Shown one piece after another: positions 32,289 to 41,673 of a stretch of DNA of 64,000 bases (the stretch's first letter is position 1; each line of letters opens with the position of its first letter). This DNA comes from an uncultured Phycisphaerales bacterium (GTDB lineage Bacteria > Planctomycetota > Phycisphaerae > Tepidisphaerales > Tepidisphaeraceae): assembly GCA_963844715.1 (NCBI GenBank), contig CAWJPJ010000007.1, forward strand, positions 1,248,001 through 1,312,000. The letters run 5' to 3'. A program made the translations under genes and the position numbers. Under the pieces are notes generated by a model. It saw only the letters and a program-made list of their open reading frames with translations, had not been told where the DNA came from and did not search any database.

Positions 32289-33206
32289 GTGAGGATTCTG
32301 GTAACCGGCGGCGCGGGCTTCATAGGGTCGAATCTGGCCCGGCATCTGAACGGCACTCATGAAGTCGTGGTCGCGGATGATTTCTCATCGGCGCATTGGA
32401 TGAATCTCAAGGATTTCCGCGGCGACATGATCACCGTCAATGTGGCGGGGGACATTTCGCCGCTGCGTGCGATCGAGCCGTGCGCGGTGATTTTTCACCA
32501 GGCTTCGATCACGGATACGACCGTGACCGATCAGCACAAGATGACGCATAACAACGTCGAGGGGTTTCGGAACATATTGAATCTGGCCAGGGATTGGAAC
32601 AGCCAGGTGGTCTGGGCGAGCAGCGCGAGCATTTACGGGCAGGGCCCGGCTCCGATGAAGGAATCGGCGCCGCCGCAGCCGCTGAATGTGTATGCATATT
32701 CGAAGCTGGCGATGGAGCATCTTGCCGATCTTTACCGGCAGAAGCTGAAGAACCCGGTAGTGGGGTTGCGATATTTTAATGTGTACGGGCCGGGAGAGGA
32801 TCACAAGGGGAAATTCGCCAGCATGATTCATCAATTGGCCAAGCAGATGCGCGCCGGAAAGCGGCCGCGGATTTTCACGGCAGGAGAGCAGCGGCGGGAT
32901 TTTGTGCATGTGGACGATTGCGTGCAGGCGAATATCAACGCGCTGCACAGCAAACGCGGGGGGATATTCAACGTGGGGTGTGGGGCGGCGTATACGTTCA
33001 ATCAGGTGGTCGCGGAACTCAATCGCGTGCTGAACACGAATCTTGAGCCGGATTATTTCGAGAATCCTTACGGGTTCACCCAGGATTGGACGGAGGCGGA
33101 TTTAACAGAAAGCCGGCGAATGCTGGGGTACGAACCGCAATATACCCTTGCCAAGGGGATGGACGCGTATTTTGCGTCGGGGAAATTGGGAATAGCCGGG
33201 GGGTAA
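32289..33206 (+). CDS. hldD: ADP-L-glycero-D-manno-heptose 6-epimerase-like NAD-dependent epimerase
   Basis: VTGGAGFIGSNL, IFHQASITDTT, PLNVYAYSKL, GLRYFNVYGPGEDHKGKFASM and RDFVHVDD motifs. Confidence 0.8.
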   Translation: MRILVTGGAGFIGSNLARHLNGTHEVVVADDFSSAHWMNLKDFRGDMITVNVAGDISPLRAIEPCAVIFHQASITDTTVTDQHKMTHNNVEGFRNILNLARDWNSQVVWASSASIYGQGPAPMKESAPPQPLNVYAYSKLAMEHLADLYRQKLKNPVVGLRYFNVYGPGEDHKGKFASMIHQLAKQMRAGKRPRIFTAGEQRRDFVHVDDCVQANINALHSKRGGIFNVGCGAAYTFNQVVAELNRVLNTNLEPDYFENPYGFTQDWTEADLTESRRMLGYEPQYTLAKGMDAYFASGKLGIAGG

Positions 33207-33250
33207 TTAAGTGGCCGGGGGTGGGGATGCGATATAGAATACGGGCGTGC

Positions 33251-33375
33251 GGAAGCCCGAAACCCGAAACCAGAATGACGAATCAAACCCGAATGACTGA
33301 ATGACCAAATGGGAGAAACGTTATTCGCTCATTCGGGCATTCGGGCTTGATTCGGGTTTCTGGTTTCGGGTTTCC
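33251..33375. repeat. Long imperfect inverted repeat built of heptamers (CCCGAAW / WTTCGGG)
   Basis: Left arm gcccgaaacccgaaaccagaatgacgaatcaaacccgaat pairs with right arm attcgggcattcgggcttgattcgggtttctggtttcggg. Confidence 0.8.
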
Positions 33376-33450
33376 GCCAGGTTCTTTCACAAGTTGACCA
33401 CTGTGCCTTCAACCCCGATGCGCTCGAGCAATCGAGTTCGTATCACAAAC

Positions 33451-33832
33451 GGGGGCGACTGGTTTCGACCGGACGGCTGCGGTGGCGGTGGCATGCCCAG
33501 GACGCTCACTTGGCCTGGTTAATCACGTGAGCAAAATCACAACTGCCAACAGCGATGTTGCAGGCCGGGTCGGCTTCACGGCCGCTCCGGTTCGTATGGC
33601 TGCCTAATTAAAGGCAACCTCAGTCCTTCGAGTAGCCCGTGACTCGTAGGCTGCAATTTTCGGGCTGGCGCGACGACTCGGCCGTTGGTCGTCGCGTGAG
33701 ATTCAGACGGCTTGATGCCGGGAAAGGATGTCGACTTTCGTTTTCGGCGTCGAGATTAAACAATCGACTAAGCATGTAGAGGCCGACATTGTCAGACATC
33801 CCGGGACGGGGGTTCGATTCCCCCCGCCTCCA
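33451..33832 (+). ncRNA. ssrA: tmRNA
   Basis: 5' GGGGGCGACTGGTTTCGAC; 3' T-arm GGGGGTTCGATTCCCCC followed by CGCCTCCA; internal tag ORF 33545-33607 encodes ANSDVAGRVGFTAAPVRMAA*. Confidence 0.95.
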
Positions 33833-33852
33833 ATTTTGCCGAAGGCAAAATT

Positions 33853-33943
33853 AGAGCAGTGGAGCAGTAGAACAGTAGAGGAAAAAAATGCTCGACGTAG
33901 ATCGTCTCCACTGCGGTCTACTGCTCTACTGTTCTCCTGCTCT
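33853..33943. repeat. Inverted octamer repeat array (GAGCAGTA / TACTGCTC) directly after tmRNA
   Basis: agagcagtggagcagtagaacagtagag pairs with ctactgctctactgttctcctgctct; it is preceded by the hairpin aattttgcc-gaa-ggcaaaatt (33832-33852). Confidence 0.75.
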
Positions 33944-33958
33944 TATTCCGATTCATTC
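33925..33958 (+). repeat. Direct repeat, copy 1 (34 bp; 31/34 identical to 35867-35900)
   Basis: tctactgttctcctgctcttattccgattcattc versus tccaccgttctcccgctcttattccgattcattc. Confidence 0.85.
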
Positions 33959-34230
33959 CTTCACGTCTCCAGGGTTTTCGGAGAATGCGGCCGAAAATCG
34001 CGGAATCTGATACCCCCGGGCGCCTCCTCCCCGCCCATCGATACCGCATCATTGGTGCATAACGCTGCCATCCCAATCGTTGTTCTCGGCGATTGAGTCC
34101 CATCTATCGGGCCTGCCGCGGCAGATGGATTTTGTCGCTTTTGGCCACGTCGGTTAGATTCGACAGGCGACGCAATTGTTTCCGCGAAGCACGCACGCGA
34201 TGGAGCATGCGATTGAATGATCCAACCCAA

Positions 34231-35809
34231 ATGACCGAGGTGGCGGCGGCTTGCACGCACAATTCGCTCCGGCGGAAACTTGTCGCGACCGCGGTTTTTC
34301 TTTTGGCGTTTGCGGCGGTGGTAATGCGGACTCCGAAGCCGGATTATGTCCTTTCCGATCCGGACGCGGGCATTCAGTTCGCTGGAGCAGGGCAAATTGA
34401 ATTCGGGGAGCATCCGTTCATTGACTTCCGCAGCACGTATGGGCCGTTGACCTTTTACGCTTCCTTCGTGGCCCAGCGCATCGGCGGGGGTACGATTGCG
34501 GCGGAACTCCTTCTGTGCGCGCTGGCCTATTCGGTGGCATTCCTGCTGCTATTCTTCTGTGCCAGGGAGATGGGCGGGACGCTTATCGGGTTGATATGCA
34601 CCGCGCTGGCGCTGGCGATATTGCCGCGATTTTACAAATACTACATTTTTCTAGGCGCGGCGTTGGTCATGGCGTCCCTGCTCGGTTACATCCGCCGGCC
34701 GGGGAGGGGACGGCTGGCGCTCCTGGCCGGGACGACCGCCATTGCGGGACTGTATCGGCCCGAACAGGGGATGTACGCATTCGTCAGCGGCGTCACCGCA
34801 ATTCTGATCGTCGAGCGCTCGGCGCGGCGGGCCCTGGTGGAGTTCCCGGCGATGATCGTGGCGGTTGCGTCTCCATGGCTGATATTTCTGGTTGCGCGGC
34901 GGGTTGAAGAATTACTTGTTGGATTCATCGGTAGGCGCGGCCCATCACGCCGTGGGCCTTTCGTTGCCATTTCCGCACCTGGATTTTTCAAAACCGTTCT
35001 ACGAGGCGATGAATATTTTTGCACTGGCGTACCTGGTCTGGGGATCGGTGCCCGTCGTTGCGCTGTTGGTTCTACTGGTCCGTTGGAAGCGGATGCAGCG
35101 GCCTATGCGCTGGAGCGTGCTGATCTTGACTATGTACGCGGCTCTGAGTTTATTGCAATCAGCCCACAGGTCCGACTGCGAGCACTTGATGCAGGCCGTC
35201 GCACCGGGTTACGTGCTGGTTGCGTTTATAGCCGGTGCGGTTGCCAGGTCGCGCCTGGGCCTGATATCGCGCGGGATGGGTTTGGCGGCGCTGGCCGGGG
35301 CGATGGGAATTTGCCTTTGGGCCCCGGTGGCAGAGGGGACGGTGCGTCGGTTCAACAGTGAGGTCGTGCATGACTACACGTTTTTTTACGCGCATCCCCC
35401 GGCGGTTTTTGTAAGCCGGCTGCGTGTTGCCGAGCCGGGCCTGCCTTATTTCGGGGCGATTGATTTCATCGACGAGCACACGGCCAAAGGACAGAGCTTT
35501 CTGGCGGTCCCCTATATGACGATGTTGTACTACCTGACCGGGCGACCATTCGCGGGGGGACAAATGATGTTCGCGCCGGGCTATTTTTCGGACGAGGCGG
35601 ATCAGCGGGCGATGACGCAGACGCTTGCCCGGCAGGGGAATCCGCCGATCATCGAGGTCAGCAATGGGGGCGGCTACGACGGAATCCCGGCGCGCCAAAC
35701 GCGGGTGTTCGCCGCGGAGTTCTACAAATATGTCGATTCGCAATACCGGGAAGTGTCCGGACCCCCGTTGCCGGCGGGGATGGACGCATACTTGAGTGCG
35801 GGGCGATGA
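34231..35809 (+). CDS. Polytopic membrane protein, GT-C-like (frameshift ~34900)
   Basis: SDPDAG...GEHPFIDFRSTYGPL luminal loop, many TM helices and a periplasmic tail. Built from ORFs 34093-35361 and 34892-35809. Confidence 0.65.
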
Positions 35810-35866
35810 TGGAGCATCGAAAGTTTCCAGCCCGGGATGACGGTTCAAAAGCGATCTTTTTTTGAA

Positions 35867-35900
35867 TCCACCGTTCTCCCGCTCTTATTCCGATTCATTC
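35867..35900 (+). repeat. Direct repeat, copy 2 (overlaps the stop codon of the TPM gene)
   Basis: The last 20 nt, gctcttattccgattcattc, are identical to 33939-33958. Confidence 0.85.
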
Positions 35901-36305
35901 AGCCACATTTTGTGCAGCCTTCGGAAAATGCTCGGCCAGGAGTTTTCCGGCTTTTTCGACGGCGTGGATCAGGGCATCCGTGTAGCGCGATTCCTTCAGG
36001 TGAGCCGCCATTTCATCCCGCAGAATATTCCAGAAGTCCGGGCCGACGCGGGCGTGGATGGCGGCGTCGCCGTAGACGGCGAAGGTCTGGGATTTAGGGG
36101 CGACAAAGATGAGGACGACGTTGCGATGGGGATGTTTGTGAAGTTTTAGGGATTTGAAATATTTTTCGGCGGCCGCGAGGGCGTCGGGCTCGGCGCGCTT
36201 GGAAATGCGCACGTGAATCAGCGCGGTGGTCTTTTCCTCGGCGGCGAGAATCGCGGCGCGGACGCGGGATTTGTCGAGGGAGCTGATGAAATGGGAGTGT
36301 TTCAT
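35895..36305 (-). CDS. TPM domain protein
   Basis: AILAAEEKTT..I.V, NVVLIFVA...FAVYGDAAIHARVGPDFW and LAEHFP motifs. Confidence 0.85.
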   Translation of the reverse strand: MKHSHFISSLDKSRVRAAILAAEEKTTALIHVRISKRAEPDALAAAEKYFKSLKLHKHPHRNVVLIFVAPKSQTFAVYGDAAIHARVGPDFWNILRDEMAAHLKESRYTDALIHAVEKAGKLLAEHFPKAAQNVAE

Positions 36306-36309
36306 GGGA

Positions 36310-37131
36310 TTACCAACTGCCTCCCGCGCCGCCGCCGCCGCCCATTCCGCCGCCGCCGCTGAACCCGCCCCCGCCGCCGAATCCGCCGCCTCCAAAACCG
36401 CCGCCGCCGAATCCGCCTCCCCAGCCGCCGAAGTAGCCGTAGGAGCGGCGGTTTCCGTAATAGGACCTGCCGTTGAATATGTTGGTCATTCGGAGCATGA
36501 ACTGGAGAAATGCGAACAGGATGATGAAGAGGATGATCCAGCCGATGGAGGCGCCGCCGCTGCCGTTGTTGGAGTTGCTGTCATTGACGGTGCTGCCGTT
36601 GCCTTTGTACTCGCCGCGTGTGGCGGCGAGGATGGCATTGATTCCGTCGCGGAGGCCGCCGGTGTAATCGCCGGTTTTAAATTTGGGCGTGATCTGCTCA
36701 TCGATGATTTGTTTGCAGGTGGCGTCGGGAAGAGCGCCTTCAAGGCCGTAATTGACCTGTATGAATAGCTGATGGTCCTGGATGAACACGAAGAGGACGG
36801 CGCCATTATTTTTTCCTTTTTGCCCGATGCGCCAGGAGTCCGCGATTCGGAAGGTGTAATCGGCGATGTCGGAGTCGGTCTGCATCTTGGGATAAATCGC
36901 GACGAGGATCTGGTTGGAGGTATCGCGCTCGAATTGCTCGAGCTGCCGATTGAATTGATCGGCGTCACGGGGGGAAACGACGTTGGCGTAGTCGTTGAAA
37001 TAATGGTCGGGGACGGGCGGGATGACCTCGGCGGCGCGCGACGGCACGACAACGAAGAGGACGAGCAGGGGCAGGAGCAGGCCCGCGATCATGCCGTGCC
37101 ACCGAGGATGGACAGGGGCGGCGGCGGTCAT
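36310..37131 (-). CDS. TPM domain (YgcG-like) membrane protein with Gly-rich tail
   Basis: YFNDYANVV, IGQKGKNNGAV, VNYGLEGALPD and GGGFSGGGG..GGGGAGGSW motifs. Confidence 0.9.
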   Translation of the reverse strand: MTAAAPVHPRWHGMIAGLLLPLLVLFVVVPSRAAEVIPPVPDHYFNDYANVVSPRDADQFNRQLEQFERDTSNQILVAIYPKMQTDSDIADYTFRIADSWRIGQKGKNNGAVLFVFIQDHQLFIQVNYGLEGALPDATCKQIIDEQITPKFKTGDYTGGLRDGINAILAATRGEYKGNGSTVNDSNSNNGSGGASIGWIILFIILFAFLQFMLRMTNIFNGRSYYGNRRSYGYFGGWGGGFGGGGFGGGGFGGGGGFSGGGGMGGGGGAGGSW

Positions 37132-37730
37132 TTATTGCTGAAATCGAAATTGACGGTGGGGGCGGTGGCCGCGCCGGGGGCAGCGGCGAAGTAGGGCTTG
37201 TCAGCAAAGCCGAACATTGACGCGGTGATCGAAGATGGGAAGGAATGGACGGCTGTGTCGTAGGCCTGGACGTCGTCGTTGAAGCGGCCGCGCTCGACGG
37301 AAATCCGGTTTTCCGTTCCTTCGAGCTGGGCCTGCAATTCACGGAAATTTTCGCTGGATTTGAGGTCGGGATAAGCCTCGGCGACGACCATCAAATGGGA
37401 TAGCGCCCCGGAAAGCTGGTCCTGGGAAGCCTGGAATTGCTGGAGCGTGGCGGCGTCGGCGGGGGCGTGGGAGGCGTCGATAGTGACTCGGCCGACGGAG
37501 GCGCGGGCGTCCGTGACGGCTTCAAGGGTGGATTTTTCAAAATTGGCCGAGCCCTGGACGGTTTGAACCAGATTGGGAATCAGATCGGCTCGCCGCTGGT
37601 AAACGTTCTGAACCTGCGCCCATTGGCTGTTCACCTGCTGGTTAAGACCGACGAGGTGATTGTAGGAGGCGATAAAACTCAACGCAGCGAGGACAATGAT
37701 GCCAACGATGATTAGGACGGTCTTTTTCAT
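37128..37730 (-). CDS. lemA: LemA family protein
   Basis: YQRRADLIPNLVQTV, EAYPDLKS and LEGTENRISVER motifs. Confidence 0.95.
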   Translation of the reverse strand: MKKTVLIIVGIIVLAALSFIASYNHLVGLNQQVNSQWAQVQNVYQRRADLIPNLVQTVQGSANFEKSTLEAVTDARASVGRVTIDASHAPADAATLQQFQASQDQLSGALSHLMVVAEAYPDLKSSENFRELQAQLEGTENRISVERGRFNDDVQAYDTAVHSFPSSITASMFGFADKPYFAAAPGAATAPTVNFDFSNK

Positions 37731-37857
37731 TCGAGAGCTCCTTGCAATGGAATATCCCTCCGAGACCGGCCGCCAACCGGTGTTTTGCGAATGCAATTGT
37801 ACGAGTCGTTAAATGGAAATGCTAAAATCGCGGTTAGTAAGCCGTTGCGTGCGCGCT

Positions 37858-38103
37858 TTAAAGCTCCGGGGTTCTGGTTCGTTTTTGTAGCTTGGGGAGC
37901 CTCTTACCGCATTCCGGGCATTGATCCGGGATTCCGCGGAGATCGTAACCACATCGGCGGCAGCGACCGGCGATTTGTCTGGCACGCCTGAGTTGCTTCC
38001 CTCGCTTCGTGCGCCAGGATTGGAACCCGGCGATAGCAAGGAAAACGATCAGCAGGAGGAAGAAAGGCCACTCCTGCTGCGGGAATGAGCGCAAATCGAA
38101 CAT
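37858..38103 (-). CDS. Small membrane protein with C-terminal zinc ribbon
   Basis: One TM helix followed by CRRCGYDLRGIPDQCPECG. Confidence 0.75.
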   Translation of the reverse strand: MFDLRSFPQQEWPFFLLLIVFLAIAGFQSWRTKRGKQLRRARQIAGRCRRCGYDLRGIPDQCPECGKRLPKLQKRTRTPEL

Positions 38104-38468
38104 TGAGCCGGTCCGTCTAATGGGTAATGATCAAGCGGCAAGATAGTTACGCCATTCTTGTCGATTACGATTTTGAATTGGTTGATCCGGACTTTGGTTC
38201 CTTTTTCGTTTTGGAGGATGGCCGATGTCGGCCGAACCGGCGAGGCGACGCTTCGCGATGCCGATTCGTTCGCAGGCAAAAACGGGGCGTGACCTTGACG
38301 CGGACTTCCCATGAGAATGCGAACTCTTCACTCCCAGTTTTTTTGGCTGGTCAGAGGTCGCCATCGAAGATGGAGAGACTCGCCGCCACGTTGCGAACAA
38401 CGCCTGATAAGAATCTGACGGAAACAGAATCAATAGACGCGGTGGGGTTGAACTAAAAACGGTCACAA

Positions 38469-38511
38469 AAAAGAGGTACGTCCCCTTTATTAAAGGGGAC
38501 GTACCTCTTTT
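38469..38511. repeat. Perfect 21-bp inverted repeat with a 1-nt spacer
   Basis: aaaagaggtacgtccccttta-t-taaaggggacgtacctctttt. Confidence 0.9.
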
Positions 38512-38578
38512 CTCGATTGTTGAGCGAAAGAGGGAATGGGAAAATTGGCTCGCTTGCTGATTTGGGAACGGGAATTAA

Positions 38579-39271
38579 TCAGTCGGCGGTTGCGGGCACT
38601 TCCGCGAGGCGGTCGGCTCTTTCTTTTAGCTCTTTGACCCATGCTTGCGCGAGTTTCGGAACGGCGGCCAAACTTAGGGTCAGGTCAAGATCTTTTTTGT
38701 GGTGGTGAAGGATTTGATTGGCTCGAGCCACGGGCCAATCGGGGTTGGGGCGGTCTAAAAGCAAAATGCGCATGCCTTTTTCTATTTTGCCTTCCTCGAT
38801 GACGCGGAGATACCAGCCTGTGCGGCCGTTGGCGATGACCATCGGCACCAGTTCGTTCATGCGCCAGCGGCGGGCGAGTTTCCAGCAGGGTTGTCTTGGC
38901 TGGGAGACTTCAAAGACGACGGGGCCGATGGAGAAGATGTCGCCAATGTACATCGATTGTTCGCTGTAGCCGGAGATGGTGAGGTTTTCTCCGAAGGCGC
39001 CGTGGGGGAAATCGGGGTTGTTAAGCTGGCGGCGCCAGTCGGGGTAGTGATCGGCACTATAGGCGAGGACTGCTTTGTCGATGCCGCCGTGATGTTTCAG
39101 ATCGGCCTGACCATCGCCGATGAGATTGATTTTGCTTACGAAGACGGGGCCGATGACAGGGTTTTTGAAGAAGCCGCTGGTCCAGGGCTTATCGTGGGTT
39201 TCTATGGCGAATTCGTCTCTATAGCTCTGGGGTTTGCCGACCTGAATGGATTGGAGATATGCAAACCCCAT
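38579..39271 (-). CDS. MOSC domain protein (YiiM-like, with 3-alpha domain)
   Basis: GDGQADLKHHGGIDKAV, GAFGENL, VSQPRQPCWKL and RTGWYLRVIEEG motifs. Confidence 0.9.
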   Translation of the reverse strand: MGFAYLQSIQVGKPQSYRDEFAIETHDKPWTSGFFKNPVIGPVFVSKINLIGDGQADLKHHGGIDKAVLAYSADHYPDWRRQLNNPDFPHGAFGENLTISGYSEQSMYIGDIFSIGPVVFEVSQPRQPCWKLARRWRMNELVPMVIANGRTGWYLRVIEEGKIEKGMRILLLDRPNPDWPVARANQILHHHKKDLDLTLSLAAVPKLAQAWVKELKERADRLAEVPATAD

Positions 39272-39355
39272 CCGTGCCTCGTTTCCTCGCTCCGCCATTT
39301 TACCATACCGCGCCGGCGGCGGGTCTCCATTTGCCGCCGGCGCGGATACAACCCA

Positions 39356-40891
39356 TTAGGCCACGGCCGGCTCGGCATCGCCAGGCATTTCCGGGGCGGG
39401 GCTCGACGAGGGGGTCGACGGCCCCATCGCGGTTTCTTCCAGAACTTTTCGGATTTCAGCGATCTCCGAATGGCTTCGGCTTCGGATGAGAATCAGGATG
39501 ATACCGATCACGAGATAGCCGCCGAAGATATAGGGCTGCACATTCGCCGGGAAGGGCGGGACCGGATAGACCAGCCCGACGATCGGGACGATGAGCAGGA
39601 CTTCAGCCATGACGCATACGGCGATGTGCCAGGCTTTGAGTTCGCCGATTTTCTTAAGATAGAAGGGGGCGGCCAGCGAGATCAGAACGTACGCGCCGCT
39701 GAAGCCCATCGCGCCGAACAAGCCTGCGGCGTTGAAGGCATCGAAGGGGATGCAGATCCCATCCGCCTGCCAGCCGCCGGCGTAGGCGATCAACATGAAG
39801 ATCGAGGGGATGATGAACTGAATCAGGGCGAATACAGTTAGGGCAACGTGGGGGGTGAGATTGTGCTTGTGGCTGCTGCCGACAGAGATCGGGAAGATTC
39901 CGTAGCGGGCCATGCTGAAGGCAATTCGCGACCCGGCATTGAGACACGACATCGCCAGGGCAAAGAAGCTGGTCATGGCTCCGACTTCAATGACCACACC
40001 CATCCATTTCATGCCTAGGTTTTCGCTGAGCGTGGTCAGCGGAGCGGTGAGCTGGTCGAGAGTGGGATTGTTGTTGGCCAGGGCATGGGTTTCGACGTAG
40101 GTGATGAAGATGAAGAACGCTCCGGTGACGATAAGGCTGGCGATGACAGCGCGGGGGATGGTGACGAGGGGCTTCTTGGATTCCTCGCCGAAGGCGGTTG
40201 CACATTCGAAGCCGACGAGACTGAAGATGGCGACCACGACGCCAAGACCGATGTCGCCAAGGCCGTGACCCTGCGTGGGGTGGAGCTGAGCGGTGTCGAT
40301 GGCGCCCGTCTTGGCGACGGCCACGATAGCCAGGATCATGATGACCGTGACGGAAACACCTTCGAAGATCAGCATTAGAACCGTCGAAAAGGTGATGTCC
40401 TTATAGGCCAAAAACCAAGAAAAGAAGACGCAGACCGCGAACAATGTAATCCAGGGGTGCGACAGCCAACCCGTAGCGCCGGCCTGGGTGAGGAGCATCG
40501 AGGCGAAGTGGGTGAAGCCGGTGACGCCGGCGATGCCGATGAACATATAGGCGAAGAGCAGGCACCAGCCGGAGATACCGCCGAACTTGGGGCCCAGCCC
40601 TTTGACGGTGTATTCGTACATGCTTCCAGCGGAGGTGTATCGCTTGGCGAACTGGTTGAGGCTGATCGCCACAAACAGGAGCATGATGGTGCCGAAGAGA
40701 TAGCAGAGCCAGCCGGCAGTGCCGGCGGTTCCGAACATCAGGGGCACGATCAGCGCCGCCGTCATACTTGGGGATATGAGTGCGATCGCTTGCGCGGACA
40801 CTTCCCAGAAGTTCAGCGCATTATGCTTGAGTTTGGTATGCGTATTCTTGACAGTTTCGGCATACGCGCCGGGAACAGGTGCATTGCTCAT
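39356..40891 (-). CDS. APC family amino acid/polyamine permease
   Basis: About 12 TM helices; SAGSMYEY, FSLVGFECATAFGEESKKP and SRIAFSMARYG motifs. Confidence 0.9.
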   Translation of the reverse strand: MSNAPVPGAYAETVKNTHTKLKHNALNFWEVSAQAIALISPSMTAALIVPLMFGTAGTAGWLCYLFGTIMLLFVAISLNQFAKRYTSAGSMYEYTVKGLGPKFGGISGWCLLFAYMFIGIAGVTGFTHFASMLLTQAGATGWLSHPWITLFAVCVFFSWFLAYKDITFSTVLMLIFEGVSVTVIMILAIVAVAKTGAIDTAQLHPTQGHGLGDIGLGVVVAIFSLVGFECATAFGEESKKPLVTIPRAVIASLIVTGAFFIFITYVETHALANNNPTLDQLTAPLTTLSENLGMKWMGVVIEVGAMTSFFALAMSCLNAGSRIAFSMARYGIFPISVGSSHKHNLTPHVALTVFALIQFIIPSIFMLIAYAGGWQADGICIPFDAFNAAGLFGAMGFSGAYVLISLAAPFYLKKIGELKAWHIAVCVMAEVLLIVPIVGLVYPVPPFPANVQPYIFGGYLVIGIILILIRSRSHSEIAEIRKVLEETAMGPSTPSSSPAPEMPGDAEPAVA

Positions 40892-41033
40892 GACAAAACT
40901 CCTAAAAACCTCACAATTCCCGTCCGGGCCATGCGCGGTAACGCACCGACACCCTTGGCCCAGACCGGGTCTCCTATTCCGCCAGCCTTAGTTTGCGGTT
41001 TCCTCTCAGCGGCCGAGTTATGCGCTCCGACGC

Positions 41034-41662
41034 TTACCCGGCGTATTGTTCGACACCGACGCCGGCAAGCTCAGTTCCTCGATTGAGCGTGACGGGGATG
41101 GGGCAGGCGACCAGGAAAATCCTGGCGTCTTTGCCATCCAATGCGTCGAGTCGATGTGGCAAGCGCGAGTCAAAATGCGCCGAGTCGCCTGGTTCCAGCA
41201 CATGCTGCTCGCCACCTATGACGAGCTTGAGGCGACCGGATAAGACATGGAGCCATTCTTCCCCATCATGTTGGTAGGTTTCCGCGCCGGGACGATCGGC
41301 AGGGACCGTTACGGCAATGGGATGGAGATTGAAGGGCTTGGTTGAGCCAGAAAGCGGTTGAAAGATCAGTCCGTTTGCGTGTTCGATGGGAAGGCTTCCG
41401 CCGCGAATGATCATGCAGAGGGCGGTTTCATCGGGGCATCGAAGAGAGCCCCGACGGAGACGCTGAACGCCCCGGCGATAGCGGCCAAAGCGGCGATAGA
41501 AGGTTGGCGGTCACCACCCTCCAATCGGCTTAAGTAGGCTTTGGAAAGGCCGGTATGCTCGGCCAACTCTTCCAGGGTCCACTCCCGCGATTCCCGCATC
41601 GCGTGGATGCGGCTGCCTAGGGATAGCGTAATCGTGTCGGCGTGGTCGTGAATTGTTGCCAT
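41034..41662 (-). CDS. XRE-family HTH + cupin transcriptional regulator (frameshift ~41425)
   Basis: LGSRIHAMRE..WTLEELAEHTGLSKAYLSRLEGG joined to YQHDGEEWLHVLSG...LEPGDSAHFDSRLPH. Confidence 0.85.
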
Positions 41663-41673
41663 TCCGGTTGCAA

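Noticed and set aside
33810..33832. Integrative element at the tmRNA or tRNA-Ser 3' end
   Set aside because: I found no duplicated tmRNA or tRNA 3' end and no integrase in the window by eye.
33251..33943. Short repeats near tmRNA as a CRISPR array
   Set aside because: The units are 7-8 nt with no unique spacers, and there are no cas genes.
36310..36430. GCC/CCG-rich tandem repeat
   Set aside because: It encodes the normal Gly-rich tail of the TPM/YgcG protein.
38127..38456. Plus-strand 109-aa ORF
   Set aside because: It has no RBS or recognisable motif, and the fragmentary minus-strand frames look more protein-like.
40895..41033. Possible TPP or guanidine riboswitch upstream of the APC permease
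   Set aside because: CTGAGA and ACCCG-like words occur, but the rest of the TPP core and the ykkC / mini-ykkC / ykkC-III consensus elements are missing. Kept only as an unassigned structured leader.
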